Shown here: one piece after another, positions 46,081-55,753 of the stretch
Position numbering within the stretch: position 1 is the stretch's first letter
How the letters are laid out: each line of letters opens with the position of its first letter
NCBI GenBank assembly: GCA_027064425.1
Contig: JAMOPO010000057.1
Span: 64,001-128,000, forward strand
DNA: 64,000 nt
Reading direction: 5' to 3'
Source of the DNA: Methanobacteriota archaeon
Lineage (GTDB): Archaea > JAADCQ01 > Methanopyri > Methanopyrales > Methanopyraceae
Notes under the pieces: generated by a model
Seen by the model: the letters and a program-made list of their open reading frames with translations, nothing else
Databases searched by the model: none
Told to the model about the DNA's origin: nothing
Program-made: the position numbers and the translations under genes

Positions 46081-46929
46081 CTACCGGATCAGCGCGTCCA
46101 GGAACATCAGCGACGCGACGAGCACGTGGATCCCCACGGCCTGGTACGGGGTTAGGATGGGGGTGACCGCGCACAGGACGGCCAGGAGGATCGTGAGCGC
46201 TCCCATGGCGAGCAGGTGGACGGCGGGGTCCGAGATGCCGAGGAAGACCGCCTGGAACACCCAGAGCTCGCAGTAGAACTTCAGGGCCTCGGCCGTGTAC
46301 ATGAGGGAGCGGAGAAAGCCGGGGTACTCCGTTAGGTAGCCCTCCACGATGTCGTAGCCCTTGGAGGGGTCGAGCGGGGAGTAGGGGGAGTCCACCCAGA
46401 CGAGCGTGAAGAACGCCAGGGCGGAGAAGGGCGCGTGCTCGATCAGCGGGCCGTGCGCCCGCTCCCAGGCGAGGATGCCGGCCACGTCGGCGTGCCCGGT
46501 GATGAAGTACGCGGAGATCAGTGAGCAGGCCAGGGCGAGCTCGCCCGCCGGCATGATGGCGTGCCGGACGCCGCCGATCTTCGTGTACGTGGAGCCCGCG
46601 GACACGCCGGCTCCGTGGGACAGGACCTTGTAGGCCGCGTAAAGGGCGAAGAAGGGGAGGAGGTTGCCCCGGAAGACGGCCGAGATCGTGACGGCGGAGG
46701 ACCAGATGATCACGTTGAACACGGGCACGAGCCAGTACAGGAAGCCGGCGGAGGTGATCGGAGCGTACGCCTCTTTCATGAGGAACTTGAGCGTGTGCAG
46801 GAACTCCTGGATGATGGGCGGACCCGGTCGCCGCTGGATGCGGGCGATCACCTTCCGGTGCAGCCCGAGGTACACGCTGCCGACCAGGAACGCCTCCGTG
46901 ACTCCCAGCAGGGTGTCCGCGACGACCAT
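46081..46929 (-). CDS. ehaJ: Eha membrane subunit J (NuoH/ND1-like)
   Basis: HRKVIARIQRRPGPP, DIVEGYLTEY. Confidence 0.9.
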   Translation of the reverse strand: MVVADTLLGVTEAFLVGSVYLGLHRKVIARIQRRPGPPIIQEFLHTLKFLMKEAYAPITSAGFLYWLVPVFNVIIWSSAVTISAVFRGNLLPFFALYAAYKVLSHGAGVSAGSTYTKIGGVRHAIMPAGELALACSLISAYFITGHADVAGILAWERAHGPLIEHAPFSALAFFTLVWVDSPYSPLDPSKGYDIVEGYLTEYPGFLRSLMYTAEALKFYCELWVFQAVFLGISDPAVHLLAMGALTILLAVLCAVTPILTPYQAVGIHVLVASLMFLDALIR

Positions 46930-46931
46930 CG

Positions 46932-47138
46932 TCAGTACCCCAGGAACGGTGCTCGGTCCGGTTCTCCGCGGGGCGATAGGGCCCAGCCTAGGGCGAGCAG
47001 CATGAGGGCGAGGACGAGGATCGTGAGCGCCGCGAAGGTCCCCTGATGCTCCCTCACCAGTCCGGGATGCCGCCACTCGATCCAGAGGAGGGCGACGTCC
47101 GCGGCGACGGTGGCCAGGAAGGGCAGCCAGCGGCGCAC
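46932..47138 (-). CDS. ehaI: Eha membrane subunit I
   Basis: Two TM helices; operon position. Confidence 0.6.
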   Translation of the reverse strand: MRRWLPFLATVAADVALLWIEWRHPGLVREHQGTFAALTILVLALMLLALGWALSPRGEPDRAPFLGY

Positions 47139-47154
47139 TCCCTGCTCGCCCCCG

Positions 47155-47826
47155 CTAGGGCAGGGCGCTGAGGATCTCCAGGTAGCGGGAGAAGGTCAGG
47201 AGCGTGGTCAGGTGTATGACGAAGGCGTAGCGGCCCCAGATCCTGCGAAACGAGTCCACCTTTACCGCGTAGAACGGGCCGACGCCCGCCTCCCCGAGGA
47301 CGCCGGTCGTGAGTAGGATCTTGGCGTACGTTATCGTCCACCCGCCGGCTCCCCTGGGCAGCTTCATCAGCTCGTGCAGGCTGAGCGTGCCGGTGGCCGC
47401 GAGGATCAGGGCGGCACCACCGAAGAGGGGCAGGCTCGCGATCAGGCACATCAGGCCGTAGTTGAAGGCGCACTCGAGGGCGAAGTCGTCCTCGACGGTC
47501 GTCCCGATCAGCCCCATGTTGGACATGCCGAGCAGGGACAGGAACAGGGTGAAGTTGAACACGTCGCCGGTCGTGACGACGCCCACGGCCGCGAGCGTGG
47601 AGACGAGGGCGAGGGCGGCCTTGATGCGGTCCTCTCGGGGCGCGACGATCTTGGCCTCGATCTTCGGCCGCTTGTGGTCGACCTCCACGTAAACGTCCGT
47701 CTTGCTGAGGATCGGGAGGAGCAGGACGGCGACCAAGGTCGCGAGGATGATCGCGTTCACCGTGCTGAGGTATGGCACGATGTCCCCCAGCGGGACGATC
47801 GCGAACACCTTACCGCTCGGGTACAT
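47155..47826 (-). CDS. ehaH: Eha membrane subunit H (antiporter-like)
   Basis: PLGDIV, TGDVFNFTLF, ILAATGTLS, GVGPFYAVK. Confidence 0.8.
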   Translation of the reverse strand: MYPSGKVFAIVPLGDIVPYLSTVNAIILATLVAVLLLPILSKTDVYVEVDHKRPKIEAKIVAPREDRIKAALALVSTLAAVGVVTTGDVFNFTLFLSLLGMSNMGLIGTTVEDDFALECAFNYGLMCLIASLPLFGGAALILAATGTLSLHELMKLPRGAGGWTITYAKILLTTGVLGEAGVGPFYAVKVDSFRRIWGRYAFVIHLTTLLTFSRYLEILSALP

Positions 47827-48487
47827 GCCCCGACCCCGCCCGCACGTCGTAGCCCATCACGTAGCCGAACAGGGACAGCTTCGGCCCCACCTTCACCAGG
47901 ATGCCGCCGGTGCCGGCGAGCAGCAGCGCCAGCAGCCACTCCTTGGGGTACAGGAAGAACAGGCTGAAGCCGAGCACCCACAGGGCCCAGCCGAGCCCGG
48001 AGATGGACTCCATGCCCCGCCACTCCTCGTACCGCGGCCTGTTAACCCTTGAGAAAATGTAGAAGGCCGCCCCGGTACCCGCCACGGCCCCGCCGGTGAA
48101 CCCGGTGAGGAGCACGCCGTACAGCACCAGCCCGATCATGATCGCCTTCGGGGCCGTCCGAAGGATCTCCATGTCCAGCGGGTCGAACCGTGGCAGGGTG
48201 CGCCAGTCCGAGTGGCGGGCGATCAGGACCTCCGCCGTGGCCATGAGCTCCGCCAGCCCGACGACCAGCCCCGGCAGGATGAGGCACTCCGCCAGGTCCG
48301 TGCCCACCGAGGCGAGGAGCGTGAGGGCCCCGATCTCGATGGCGTCCGTCATCGCGAGCCGGTTGAGCGGGTTGCGGTCCGCGAGGATGTCCACGGCGGC
48401 GATCAGGCCCACGGCGATGCCCGCGGCCACGGCCACGTGGTACAGCTTCACCGTGAGCTGCGGGACCGTGGCGGGGACGAGGTGCAA
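47810..48487 (-). CDS. ehaG: Eha membrane subunit G
   Basis: VGTDLAECLILPGLVVGLAE, MEILRTAP, GFTGGAVAG. Confidence 0.8.
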   Translation of the reverse strand: MHLVPATVPQLTVKLYHVAVAAGIAVGLIAAVDILADRNPLNRLAMTDAIEIGALTLLASVGTDLAECLILPGLVVGLAELMATAEVLIARHSDWRTLPRFDPLDMEILRTAPKAIMIGLVLYGVLLTGFTGGAVAGTGAAFYIFSRVNRPRYEEWRGMESISGLGWALWVLGFSLFFLYPKEWLLALLLAGTGGILVKVGPKLSLFGYVMGYDVRAGSGHVPER

Positions 48488-48488
48488 G

Positions 48489-48992
48489 TTACTCCCTCCG
48501 CCCCATCTCCCGCTCGGTGACCGTCTTCATTCGAACGACCCACGAGAAGATCACGAACCCGACGAACATGATGGAGGACTCCAGGACCGTGTCCAGACCC
48601 CGCGTGTAGTAGAGGATCTCGTCGAGGATCCCGCCCGGGTGCGAGACGATCGTCGTGCCGCAGTGGCGGGAGTGCCGGGCCAGCCACCGGGTGAACGGGG
48701 TCAGGTACGAGGTCACCCATCCCCGCTTGGGCTCGAACTGCGGGTACTGCGACACCGTGATCCCGGGGCGCTTGAGCGGGACGCCGCCACGGTCGTACGG
48801 CGCCAGCGGGTCCCGCTCCTTCATCTGGACCTGCGGCGCGGGCCGCGGGTAGAGTTGCTTCCTGTGGTAATGGTACCCGTGCGTGAGCCCGTAGACGGCG
48901 ATGCCGGCGAGCAGCAGGCAGTAGGCGGAGACCATGGCCGTCGGCTTGCGTACGGACAGGAGGAGCCGCGAGAATGCCTCACTCGCGCTCAC
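48489..48992 (-). CDS. ehaF: Eha membrane subunit F
   Basis: QLYPRP, LAPYDRGG, GTTIVSHPGGILDEILYYTRGLDTVLESSI. Confidence 0.85.
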   Translation of the reverse strand: MSASEAFSRLLLSVRKPTAMVSAYCLLLAGIAVYGLTHGYHYHRKQLYPRPAPQVQMKERDPLAPYDRGGVPLKRPGITVSQYPQFEPKRGWVTSYLTPFTRWLARHSRHCGTTIVSHPGGILDEILYYTRGLDTVLESSIMFVGFVIFSWVVRMKTVTEREMGRRE

Positions 48993-49239
48993 CGGCCTCC
49001 ACCCTCAGGATGGCTCTCATGAGGATTGGCGTGGCGAAGGCTCCCACGGCGATGTACGTGAGGAGGGCCAGCAGGTGGTTGAACGCCAGGAAAATGAGGC
49101 AGATCCCGACGGCGGCCACGTCAAGGTTCAGGGCCTTGACGACGGGGTCCGAGCGGGCGGGGCCGATCGCGGCGCCCGCGGTGCCGGCGAGTACCATGAA
49201 CGCGCCCGCGTACAGGAGGGCCTCCGGGTCACTCACCAT
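48979..49239 (-). CDS. ehaE: Eha membrane subunit E
   Basis: IGP..DPVVKALNL, LAFNHLLALLT. Confidence 0.75.
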   Translation of the reverse strand: MVSDPEALLYAGAFMVLAGTAGAAIGPARSDPVVKALNLDVAAVGICLIFLAFNHLLALLTYIAVGAFATPILMRAILRVEAGERE

Positions 49240-49474
49240 GGCTCCTCACCTCCTCGATCCTGATCAGGTAGACGCAGAACATGATCGTGCCGACGGCCTC
49301 CATGGCCGCGCCCGCGGCGGCGACGTCGAGGTAGCCCTCCGCGGCCACCGCGCCGATCATCCCGGACTTGGCCAGGGCGATCCCGGGGAGCTTCTGGATG
49401 GGATCCCGCCTGAGGACGGCGGACACGGTCCCGACCACGCAGGCCGCCAGGGACGCGAGGAGGAGGGCGTTCAA
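49229..49474 (-). CDS. ehaD: Eha membrane subunit D
   Basis: DPIQK, YLDVA; operon position. Confidence 0.75.
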   Translation of the reverse strand: MNALLLASLAACVVGTVSAVLRRDPIQKLPGIALAKSGMIGAVAAEGYLDVAAAGAAMEAVGTIMFCVYLIRIEEVRSHGE

Positions 49475-49737
49475 CCGCCGCGCCCGCCCTCCCGTCTGAT
49501 CTCCTCGACTCTCCTGATCGTGTAGGCCATGGCGTTGGACTCGAGGGTGGAGAAGATGAACGCGCAGAGCGCCGCCAGGAGGCCCATGTCCGTGCGCCAG
49601 GTGGCGGCGATCAGGCCGGCGAGGGCGAACCCGACCACGTTGAGGTAGATCAGCTGCGCGTACACGTCCCGGGCCGCGAGCAGGCGGAGCGACGCCCAGA
49701 CCAGAACGGCCAGCATGACGAGCTCGGCGAGCCTCAC
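49471..49737 (-). CDS. ehaC: Eha membrane subunit C
   Basis: [27 protein letters not shown]. Confidence 0.75.
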   Translation of the reverse strand: MRLAELVMLAVLVWASLRLLAARDVYAQLIYLNVVGFALAGLIAATWRTDMGLLAALCAFIFSTLESNAMAYTIRRVEEIRREGGRGG

Positions 49738-50252
49738 TCCCGGGGCCCCCTACCCAGGCGGCGGGCTATGTCGCCGATGATCCGCGAGGCGGTCGGGTGG
49801 TCGATCCCGTGGATCGTCGTGATGGCCAGGACCATCCCGGCCACGAAGTTGATCGGGTCGAATCCAAGCACGCGGTGGTACACGGTCACGAGGGCCGTGG
49901 CGGCGAGCGCCCCGATCGTGCCGGCGTACCCCGGGTCGGCGCACAGCCGGTTTCCCACGTACACGGTCAGGGCCGCGAGCAGCCCGCCCTGCGGACCCCC
50001 CAGGCACCAGTAGCCGGCGGCGGCCAGCAGCGTGCCGGCGGAGGCGTCCGGAGAGCAGACGATGTTCCCCATGAAGTAGCCGCCGGCGATGTCCCCTCCC
50101 CGGCGCTCGACGGAGCGTCCGATGGCCTCAGCGCCCTTAACTCCGGGAGCCTCGGGCAGTCCCATAAGTATATCTACGACGACGAAGTTCAACCAAGCCA
50201 GCACGGCCCCGGTCGCGATCTCCAGCGCCTGCTCCCAGGTCAGCGTGATCAC
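49734..50252 (-). CDS. ehaB: Eha membrane subunit B
   Basis: [47 protein letters not shown]. Confidence 0.85.
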   Translation of the reverse strand: MITLTWEQALEIATGAVLAWLNFVVVDILMGLPEAPGVKGAEAIGRSVERRGGDIAGGYFMGNIVCSPDASAGTLLAAAGYWCLGGPQGGLLAALTVYVGNRLCADPGYAGTIGALAATALVTVYHRVLGFDPINFVAGMVLAITTIHGIDHPTASRIIGDIARRLGRGPRE

Positions 50253-50539
50253 CCCGCCTCGGGCCGGGGGAACACCCGCTCGATGTTCGCCACGAGCGCT
50301 GCGGAGGCCACTCCCACCACGGCTCCAACGAGCGCCGCGAGCTTAGGCTCCTGCCATCCGAGCGCTCGGCACACCGCCACGGTCCCGCCGGCCCCGATCA
50401 CCGGGGTCGGGAACGCGGCCGAGACCTCCCACGACCTTCTTCTCGGCTTCTCCCGCTGGACCGGCGGCAGCCCGACCGCGAGCGCCACGATGAAGGACAC
50501 GACCGCACCGACCGCGGCCCCGAGCAGCTCTCCCATCAT
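50249..50539 (-). CDS. ehaA: Eha membrane subunit A
   Basis: GLP...[23 protein letters not shown]; ATG 50539/50536. Confidence 0.8.
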   Translation of the reverse strand: MMGELLGAAVGAVVSFIVALAVGLPPVQREKPRRRSWEVSAAFPTPVIGAGGTVAVCRALGWQEPKLAALVGAVVGVASAALVANIERVFPRPEAG

Positions 50540-50554
50540 TTTAAGGTTTCCCCT

Positions 50555-50587
50555 AACCCCGTTTGGGAGATTCCCGAACCGGGGGTT
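50555..50587. promoter_or_regulatory. Inverted repeat between divergent ehaA and AAA ATPase genes
   Basis: AACCCC-GTTTGGGA-GAT-TCCCGAAC-CG-GGGGTT. Confidence 0.4.
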
Positions 50588-50593
50588 CTCCCC

Positions 50594-51634
50594 GTGAGCA
50601 AGGTGATCATGAAGCCTAAGGTCACCGTGGAGGACGACTGGATCGTGTTCGAGGGCGAGGAGGACCACGTCAAGCTTCCCAAGGACCCGTACCGCGTCAT
50701 CAAGGACTTCGAGGAGCGCGGGTACTTCTTCGACGACGAGCACAAGCGCGACTTCGCGGCCATGTACGTGACGCTGATAATCGAGCAGACCCCCGTCCTC
50801 CTCGTCGGGCCGCCCGGCACGGGCAAGACCAAGCTCGTCCGGATGATGGGCGAGCTGTACGACGTGCCCGTCGTGGTCATGCGAGGCCACCAGGAGGCCC
50901 GGGAGCAGGAGTTCATCGGCGGCGTGGACGTGGCCGCGCTCCCCGTCGCGGACAAAATCGCGGAGGAGTACGCGGAGGAGGACGTGGAGTACGAGGAGGC
51001 GATCGAGGCCCTGAAGGAGTTCATATACGTGGGTGGCTACCTCAAGGACGTGGTGAACGACGCTCGACGCTACGGAGCGTGCCTCTTCTTCATCGACGAG
51101 GTGAACCGGTTCCCGGGCTACATGATCCCCACGCTCATTCACATCTTCGAGAAGGACACCGAGGTGATCTACATCCCGCACTCCCCGATCGACTTCGGTG
51201 AGACGGGCGCGATCATGAGGATCGGCGCGCTGAACCCGGAGGGTAAGGGCACCACGAACTTCGACGAGGCCCTGCTGCGGCGCGTCGAGCTCGTCCCGTG
51301 GGGCGAGTACGACGTCGAGATCTACAAGAAGGTGGCCAAGGAGGCCGCGCGGCAGGTGATCGAGACGACGAAGGTCGTGGAGGAGGTGCTCGAGGACCTC
51401 GCCTCGATGATCAAGGACATGGGCAAGGGAGTGGACGTCGCGAAGGACGTGGCCCAGGCCGTGGCCATCGGCGTGAAGATGGGGTACGATCTGGAGACCG
51501 TCGCGCGCAACGTGGTTAATAAGATCCTAGGCGATATGCTATTAGACCCGGAAAAATCCGAGGAGTTCGAGGCCCGACGGAAGGCGCTCGAGCGGAAGGT
51601 CCGGGAGAAGCTCAAGCCCATCTTCGAGACCTAG
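50594..51634 (+). CDS. MoxR-type AAA+ ATPase
   Basis: [25 protein letters not shown]. Confidence 0.88.
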   Translation: MSKVIMKPKVTVEDDWIVFEGEEDHVKLPKDPYRVIKDFEERGYFFDDEHKRDFAAMYVTLIIEQTPVLLVGPPGTGKTKLVRMMGELYDVPVVVMRGHQEAREQEFIGGVDVAALPVADKIAEEYAEEDVEYEEAIEALKEFIYVGGYLKDVVNDARRYGACLFFIDEVNRFPGYMIPTLIHIFEKDTEVIYIPHSPIDFGETGAIMRIGALNPEGKGTTNFDEALLRRVELVPWGEYDVEIYKKVAKEAARQVIETTKVVEEVLEDLASMIKDMGKGVDVAKDVAQAVAIGVKMGYDLETVARNVVNKILGDMLLDPEKSEEFEARRKALERKVREKLKPIFET

Positions 51635-51660
51635 TGACCGTGGCTGGGTGATCGCTCGCC

Positions 51661-54006
51661 TTGACCGGCCCCGAGATTCGGCTTGAGGAGGCTACCGAGA
51701 TCGTTAGCGAGCTGATGGCCCGACTGCGGGAGCGCGGTGACATCCACGCTCCGCCCGACCTCCCTGAGGGCTTCTTCCGGAAGCTGACCGTACTGGCGGA
51801 CGGCGACAAGATCGACCTGCAGACCTTCGTGGACCTGGCCATCCGCCACTTCGCCCGGCACGGGTACAAGAAGCCCCTCGACCTGTACGAGAAGGTGATG
51901 GTCGCCCGGGCGATCGTCGCCGAGGAGCTCGCGAAGATCCTGTCCAAGGAGACCGTGGACGAGGAGGCGGTCGAGTCCCTCAAGAAGTTCGCCGCGCACG
52001 CTAACGAGGACGTGAAGGAGGAGCTCGAGTCCCTGCTGGAGGACGAGGAGCTGGAGGACGCGGAGCCGACCGAGCCGCCGGACCGCGAGGACGTGGAGAA
52101 GGTCCTCGAGGCGTTCGGCTCCCAGCTCTCCGACGACGCCATCATGGACATGCTCAAGACGGCCATCTTCGGGCCCGAGAAGAAGCGGATGCTCGAGAAC
52201 ATCACGGACGAGCAGATGATCGGCAGCCTCCTGCAGCAGCATGTGCCTCGCAGCATCATGGACAAGCTCTCCGAGCAGGGTCGGCTGGACGTGCTCAACA
52301 AGCTGAACTCGCCGCTCAAGAACAAGATCGAGGCGATGACGTCGCCCCACGCCTCGCACTCGCACTCCGTCGACCAGGAGGAGCTGGAGAAGGTCTTCTC
52401 CGACGACTCGTTCAACAAGCAGGCCCGGAGGATGCTCTCCGAGCTCGCGCACCGGCTCAACCAGCTGGCGGAGCAGGTCGGCGTTGAGGAGGCGCTGGAG
52501 CGCGCCCGCAAGATCGCGAAGGCGATCGCCTCGGCCAACGACCGGTGGGAGCGCGCCGCTAAGACGTTCGAGCGCGCTCTCGAGCGCCAGCTGCGGGAGC
52601 GCGGCCCGAGCTCGAACCCGTTCGAGGCCTACCGGCGCGGTGCCCCGATGGATCCGAACCACGTGGAGGAGAAGGCGGGGGAGGACCCGTCCGACTACAC
52701 CTGCACGCTCGAGCAGGCCCAGTTCGTCATCGAGGGCGTGGAGCGCCGGAGCAAGTTCCGGAACCCGCTGCTGGGCGTGATCCAGGCCAACGAGATGGTG
52801 AAGAACCTGCCCCAGGCCGACGAGGACCGGCTGAAGCGGCAGATCGAGAACCTGCTCAGGCCCACGATGGAGGAGCTGGAGGACTGGGCTGAGAAGGTGG
52901 GGCGAGAGGTCGTCAAGCGGAACCTGGAGGAGCTGGAGCGGGCCAAGGAGCAGGGTTACTACGTCCCGAAGGAGCTGGAGGAGAGGCTCCGAGAGCTCGC
53001 CGAGAAGGCCCCGGAGCGCGAGGAGGGAGAGGAAAGCGAGAGCGAGGCCGGTGAGGGCGTCGAGAGTCCGGCCGGGCTGACCTCCGAGGCGCCCGCCGCG
53101 GCGAGCGAGTCAGAGGAGGGGGAGGAGGCCGGCGGGGAGGGTGAGGCCGCGCCCGCCCCGGCTGGAGGCGTCTCGGGCGTGGGCAAGGGAGCGGACCCGG
53201 CGTTCACCGTGGACAAGTCGTTCCCGGAGCGCAAGAAGTTCCTCAAGATCCTGCAGAGCGACTCGCTGAAGATCCTGGACGAGGGGCACGAGATCTCGCG
53301 GGAGTTCGAGGAGCTGGAGGACGGTGAGGCTAAGGCTCACTTCGGCTGGCTGCACGGCTTCGACAAGGCGGACTTCCTGTCGGACATCGACTGGGAGCGC
53401 AGCCTCGAGGAGGGTTACTTCAAGAACGTCCCGCTGGTCCTTTACAAGCGCAAGTTCCGGAACAAGGACGAGCCGAAGGTGGCGATCCTGCTGGACTCGA
53501 GCGGCTCGATGAGCGGTGACAAGATGGAGGTTGCGGCCACCCTCGCCGCCGCCCTGTTCGAGACCGTCGGCATGGAGAACATCGGACTCTGGGCCTTCCG
53601 GTCGGAGGTTCACCAGCTCAAGGACTTCGAGGAGGTCGTCAACCGGCGGGAGCTGGTCGAGAAGATCCTGGGCATCCCGGCCGGCGGCGGTACGGACCCG
53701 GTCAAGCCGCTGGCGAAGGTGCTGGACTCGCTTGAGAACATTGAGTACGACAAGTGCAAGATCATCTACATCACGGACGCGATCTTCATGCACGAGGACT
53801 TCATCAAGATCCGCAGCATGCTGAGCGACCGGGACGACATCGAGCTGTACGCGCTGCTGATCAAGGACGAGTTCGAGCACACGGGCCCGACGATCTTCAA
53901 GAAGATCACCGAGGAGTTCGGCGGTGGAATGGTGCAGGTGAACCCGCGGGACAAGGAGAAGGTGCGCGAGAAGCTGAAGGAGTTCGTGGAAATCATCTCG
54001 GACTGA
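51661..54006 (+). CDS. von Willebrand factor A (MIDAS) domain protein, MoxR partner
   Basis: Helical N-region, acidic linker, IDWERSL, LLDSSGSM, GGGTD, ITD. Confidence 0.88.
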   Translation: MTGPEIRLEEATEIVSELMARLRERGDIHAPPDLPEGFFRKLTVLADGDKIDLQTFVDLAIRHFARHGYKKPLDLYEKVMVARAIVAEELAKILSKETVDEEAVESLKKFAAHANEDVKEELESLLEDEELEDAEPTEPPDREDVEKVLEAFGSQLSDDAIMDMLKTAIFGPEKKRMLENITDEQMIGSLLQQHVPRSIMDKLSEQGRLDVLNKLNSPLKNKIEAMTSPHASHSHSVDQEELEKVFSDDSFNKQARRMLSELAHRLNQLAEQVGVEEALERARKIAKAIASANDRWERAAKTFERALERQLRERGPSSNPFEAYRRGAPMDPNHVEEKAGEDPSDYTCTLEQAQFVIEGVERRSKFRNPLLGVIQANEMVKNLPQADEDRLKRQIENLLRPTMEELEDWAEKVGREVVKRNLEELERAKEQGYYVPKELEERLRELAEKAPEREEGEESESEAGEGVESPAGLTSEAPAAASESEEGEEAGGEGEAAPAPAGGVSGVGKGADPAFTVDKSFPERKKFLKILQSDSLKILDEGHEISREFEELEDGEAKAHFGWLHGFDKADFLSDIDWERSLEEGYFKNVPLVLYKRKFRNKDEPKVAILLDSSGSMSGDKMEVAATLAAALFETVGMENIGLWAFRSEVHQLKDFEEVVNRRELVEKILGIPAGGGTDPVKPLAKVLDSLENIEYDKCKIIYITDAIFMHEDFIKIRSMLSDRDDIELYALLIKDEFEHTGPTIFKKITEEFGGGMVQVNPRDKEKVREKLKEFVEIISD

Positions 54007-54038
54007 ACGCGCGGGGCCAACCGACGCCCGGGCCCACG

Positions 54039-54138
54039 CTTTTCCGCGCGCCCCACCGCGTTTCGGGCTCTCGCTCCCTCGTTCACCTTTTACACTTCTT
54101 ACTTACGCTCCCTGCTTCGCCTCTTACCCCGCCGTCTT
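54039..54138 (+). terminator. Pyrimidine/T-rich terminator region between convergent genes
   Basis: CTTTT, CCTTTTAC, CTTCTTACTT tracts after the vWA stop. Confidence 0.4.
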
Positions 54139-55077
54139 TCACTCCGTCAGCGCCCGGCCCATGGCGTCCATCGCCTCCATCGCGTTCTCACGGATGTCCT
54201 CGTACCAGACCGAGCACTCGCGCCGGCTCGTCTTCACGACCATCCGGTCTCGGTGCAGCGTCACGTTGATTGTGCCGCGCACGTCCATGCTCAGGCCCTT
54301 GAGGAAGTTGTGCGCGAGGATGATCTCGTCCACGTACTCCGTGGTCAGCTCGCCCAGGGGCGACCGGTACGAGATCCCCGCCCGCTCCCAGCTGCGACGG
54401 AACTTGTTGTGGAACTCGCGGAACAGGTACTTCGAGTAGCTGTGCTCGAGCAGCACGACCTCGGTCACGCCCGCGTGGATAAGCTGCGAGGCGGCCTCCA
54501 CGCTGTGCCAGTTCTCCAGGATCGACTCCACGCTCTTCGGGAAGAAGGCGTTGCAGCCCAGGCTGTTCACCCAGCCCACGGCGCAGTTGACGTCGAGCTC
54601 CTCCAGGCGCTCCATGTACTCCTTGTAAATGTCGCAGTGACGGTCGTCGACGAAGCTGATCACGGCCATGTTGTCGCTCATGCGCCGGGTCATGAACGTC
54701 TTGTGAGTGACGCGGAACTTCCGGATGCCCTGCCGGAGCAGGTGCCCGATGAACTTGGCCGGGACCGTGGTCTCGGCGATCATCTTGATCTCCACGACGC
54801 CCGAGGCACCCATGAAGGTGATATCGATGCTGTTGTCGTCCCGCTCCACGACCTCGAACTTCTCCAGCCCGGAGAGCTCCTCGTCCACGGCCCGGGCGAG
54901 GGTGGCCAGCGACTTCAGGAACGGGGACATGAACGGCCGCTTCATGCACACCTCGATCACTTCGTCCGGGAGCGAGACGCGGATCACGCTCTTATCCTCG
55001 GCGACGGGGATGACCTCGAACTCCGCGTCGAACTCACGCGACAGGGACGACAGGAGGGGTTCGATGCTCGCGTACAT
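54139..55077 (-). CDS. Hypothetical protein
   Basis: Typical codon usage from ATG 55077; no recognised motif. Confidence 0.7.
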   Translation of the reverse strand: MYASIEPLLSSLSREFDAEFEVIPVAEDKSVIRVSLPDEVIEVCMKRPFMSPFLKSLATLARAVDEELSGLEKFEVVERDDNSIDITFMGASGVVEIKMIAETTVPAKFIGHLLRQGIRKFRVTHKTFMTRRMSDNMAVISFVDDRHCDIYKEYMERLEELDVNCAVGWVNSLGCNAFFPKSVESILENWHSVEAASQLIHAGVTEVVLLEHSYSKYLFREFHNKFRRSWERAGISYRSPLGELTTEYVDEIILAHNFLKGLSMDVRGTINVTLHRDRMVVKTSRRECSVWYEDIRENAMEAMDAMGRALTE

Positions 55078-55753
55078 GAAGGAACTCCCCGCCCTCTTGA
55101 ATGCCGTCGTGGAGGAGGTTAACTCCGATAAAGACCATTCGGAAACGTTCCGAGTTGAGGTATGGGAGGGGCCGCCCGAGCGCGTCGTCGAGACCGAGCA
55201 CATCCGGCGGGTTCGGGAGCTGGTAAGGAGGGGGCGCGACGTGCTCCTGGTCGGGGAACCGGGCTCCGGGAAGTCCACCACCGCGGTCGCCGCGTGCGAG
55301 CGACCCTACCCGATCGTGTTGACCTTCGGTGGAAACCTGCCGGCGTCGATACTTAAAACATTCGTCAACACCCTCCGCCGGGCGGGACCGCGCGAGCTCC
55401 TCCGGGCGGACGCCATCGTCGTCGGGGACGCGCGCATCGAGGGTCCGGTCACGCGGCTCCCGGTGATCGACGAGCTCTGCGTCCTCCTGGCGCTGGGATT
55501 GCTCCTAGCGGTCGCGCGCCTGCTCGGGAAGCCCATCGTGGCCATGCTGGCGTCGGACAAGTCGTACTACCGCCGGGCCCGGCGGCTCCTGGAGGAGTCG
55601 GGGTTCGAGGTCGTGGAGATCGAGCATACGCGGGAGTCCGTGAGAAAGATCCTGCGAGCCTACGGGGTCCGTGGGCGCCCCTCGAGCCGGAACCCGAGGC
55701 GAGAGCTCAGCCGCCACGCTCGTAGACCCACCGACCACCCCGCCGAGAGATGA
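55076..55753 (+). CDS. Small P-loop NTPase-like protein (start uncertain)
   Basis: VLLVGEPGSGKST, VIDE. Confidence 0.6.
   Translation: MKELPALLNAVVEEVNSDKDHSETFRVEVWEGPPERVVETEHIRRVRELVRRGRDVLLVGEPGSGKSTTAVAACERPYPIVLTFGGNLPASILKTFVNTLRRAGPRELLRADAIVVGDARIEGPVTRLPVIDELCVLLALGLLLAVARLLGKPIVAMLASDKSYYRRARRLLEESGFEVVEIEHTRESVRKILRAYGVRGRPSSRNPRRELSRHARRPTDHPAER

Noticed and set aside
53005-53190. Low-complexity Glu/Gly/Ala tract in the vWA protein
   Set aside because: Acidic linkers are typical of MoxR-associated vWA proteins.
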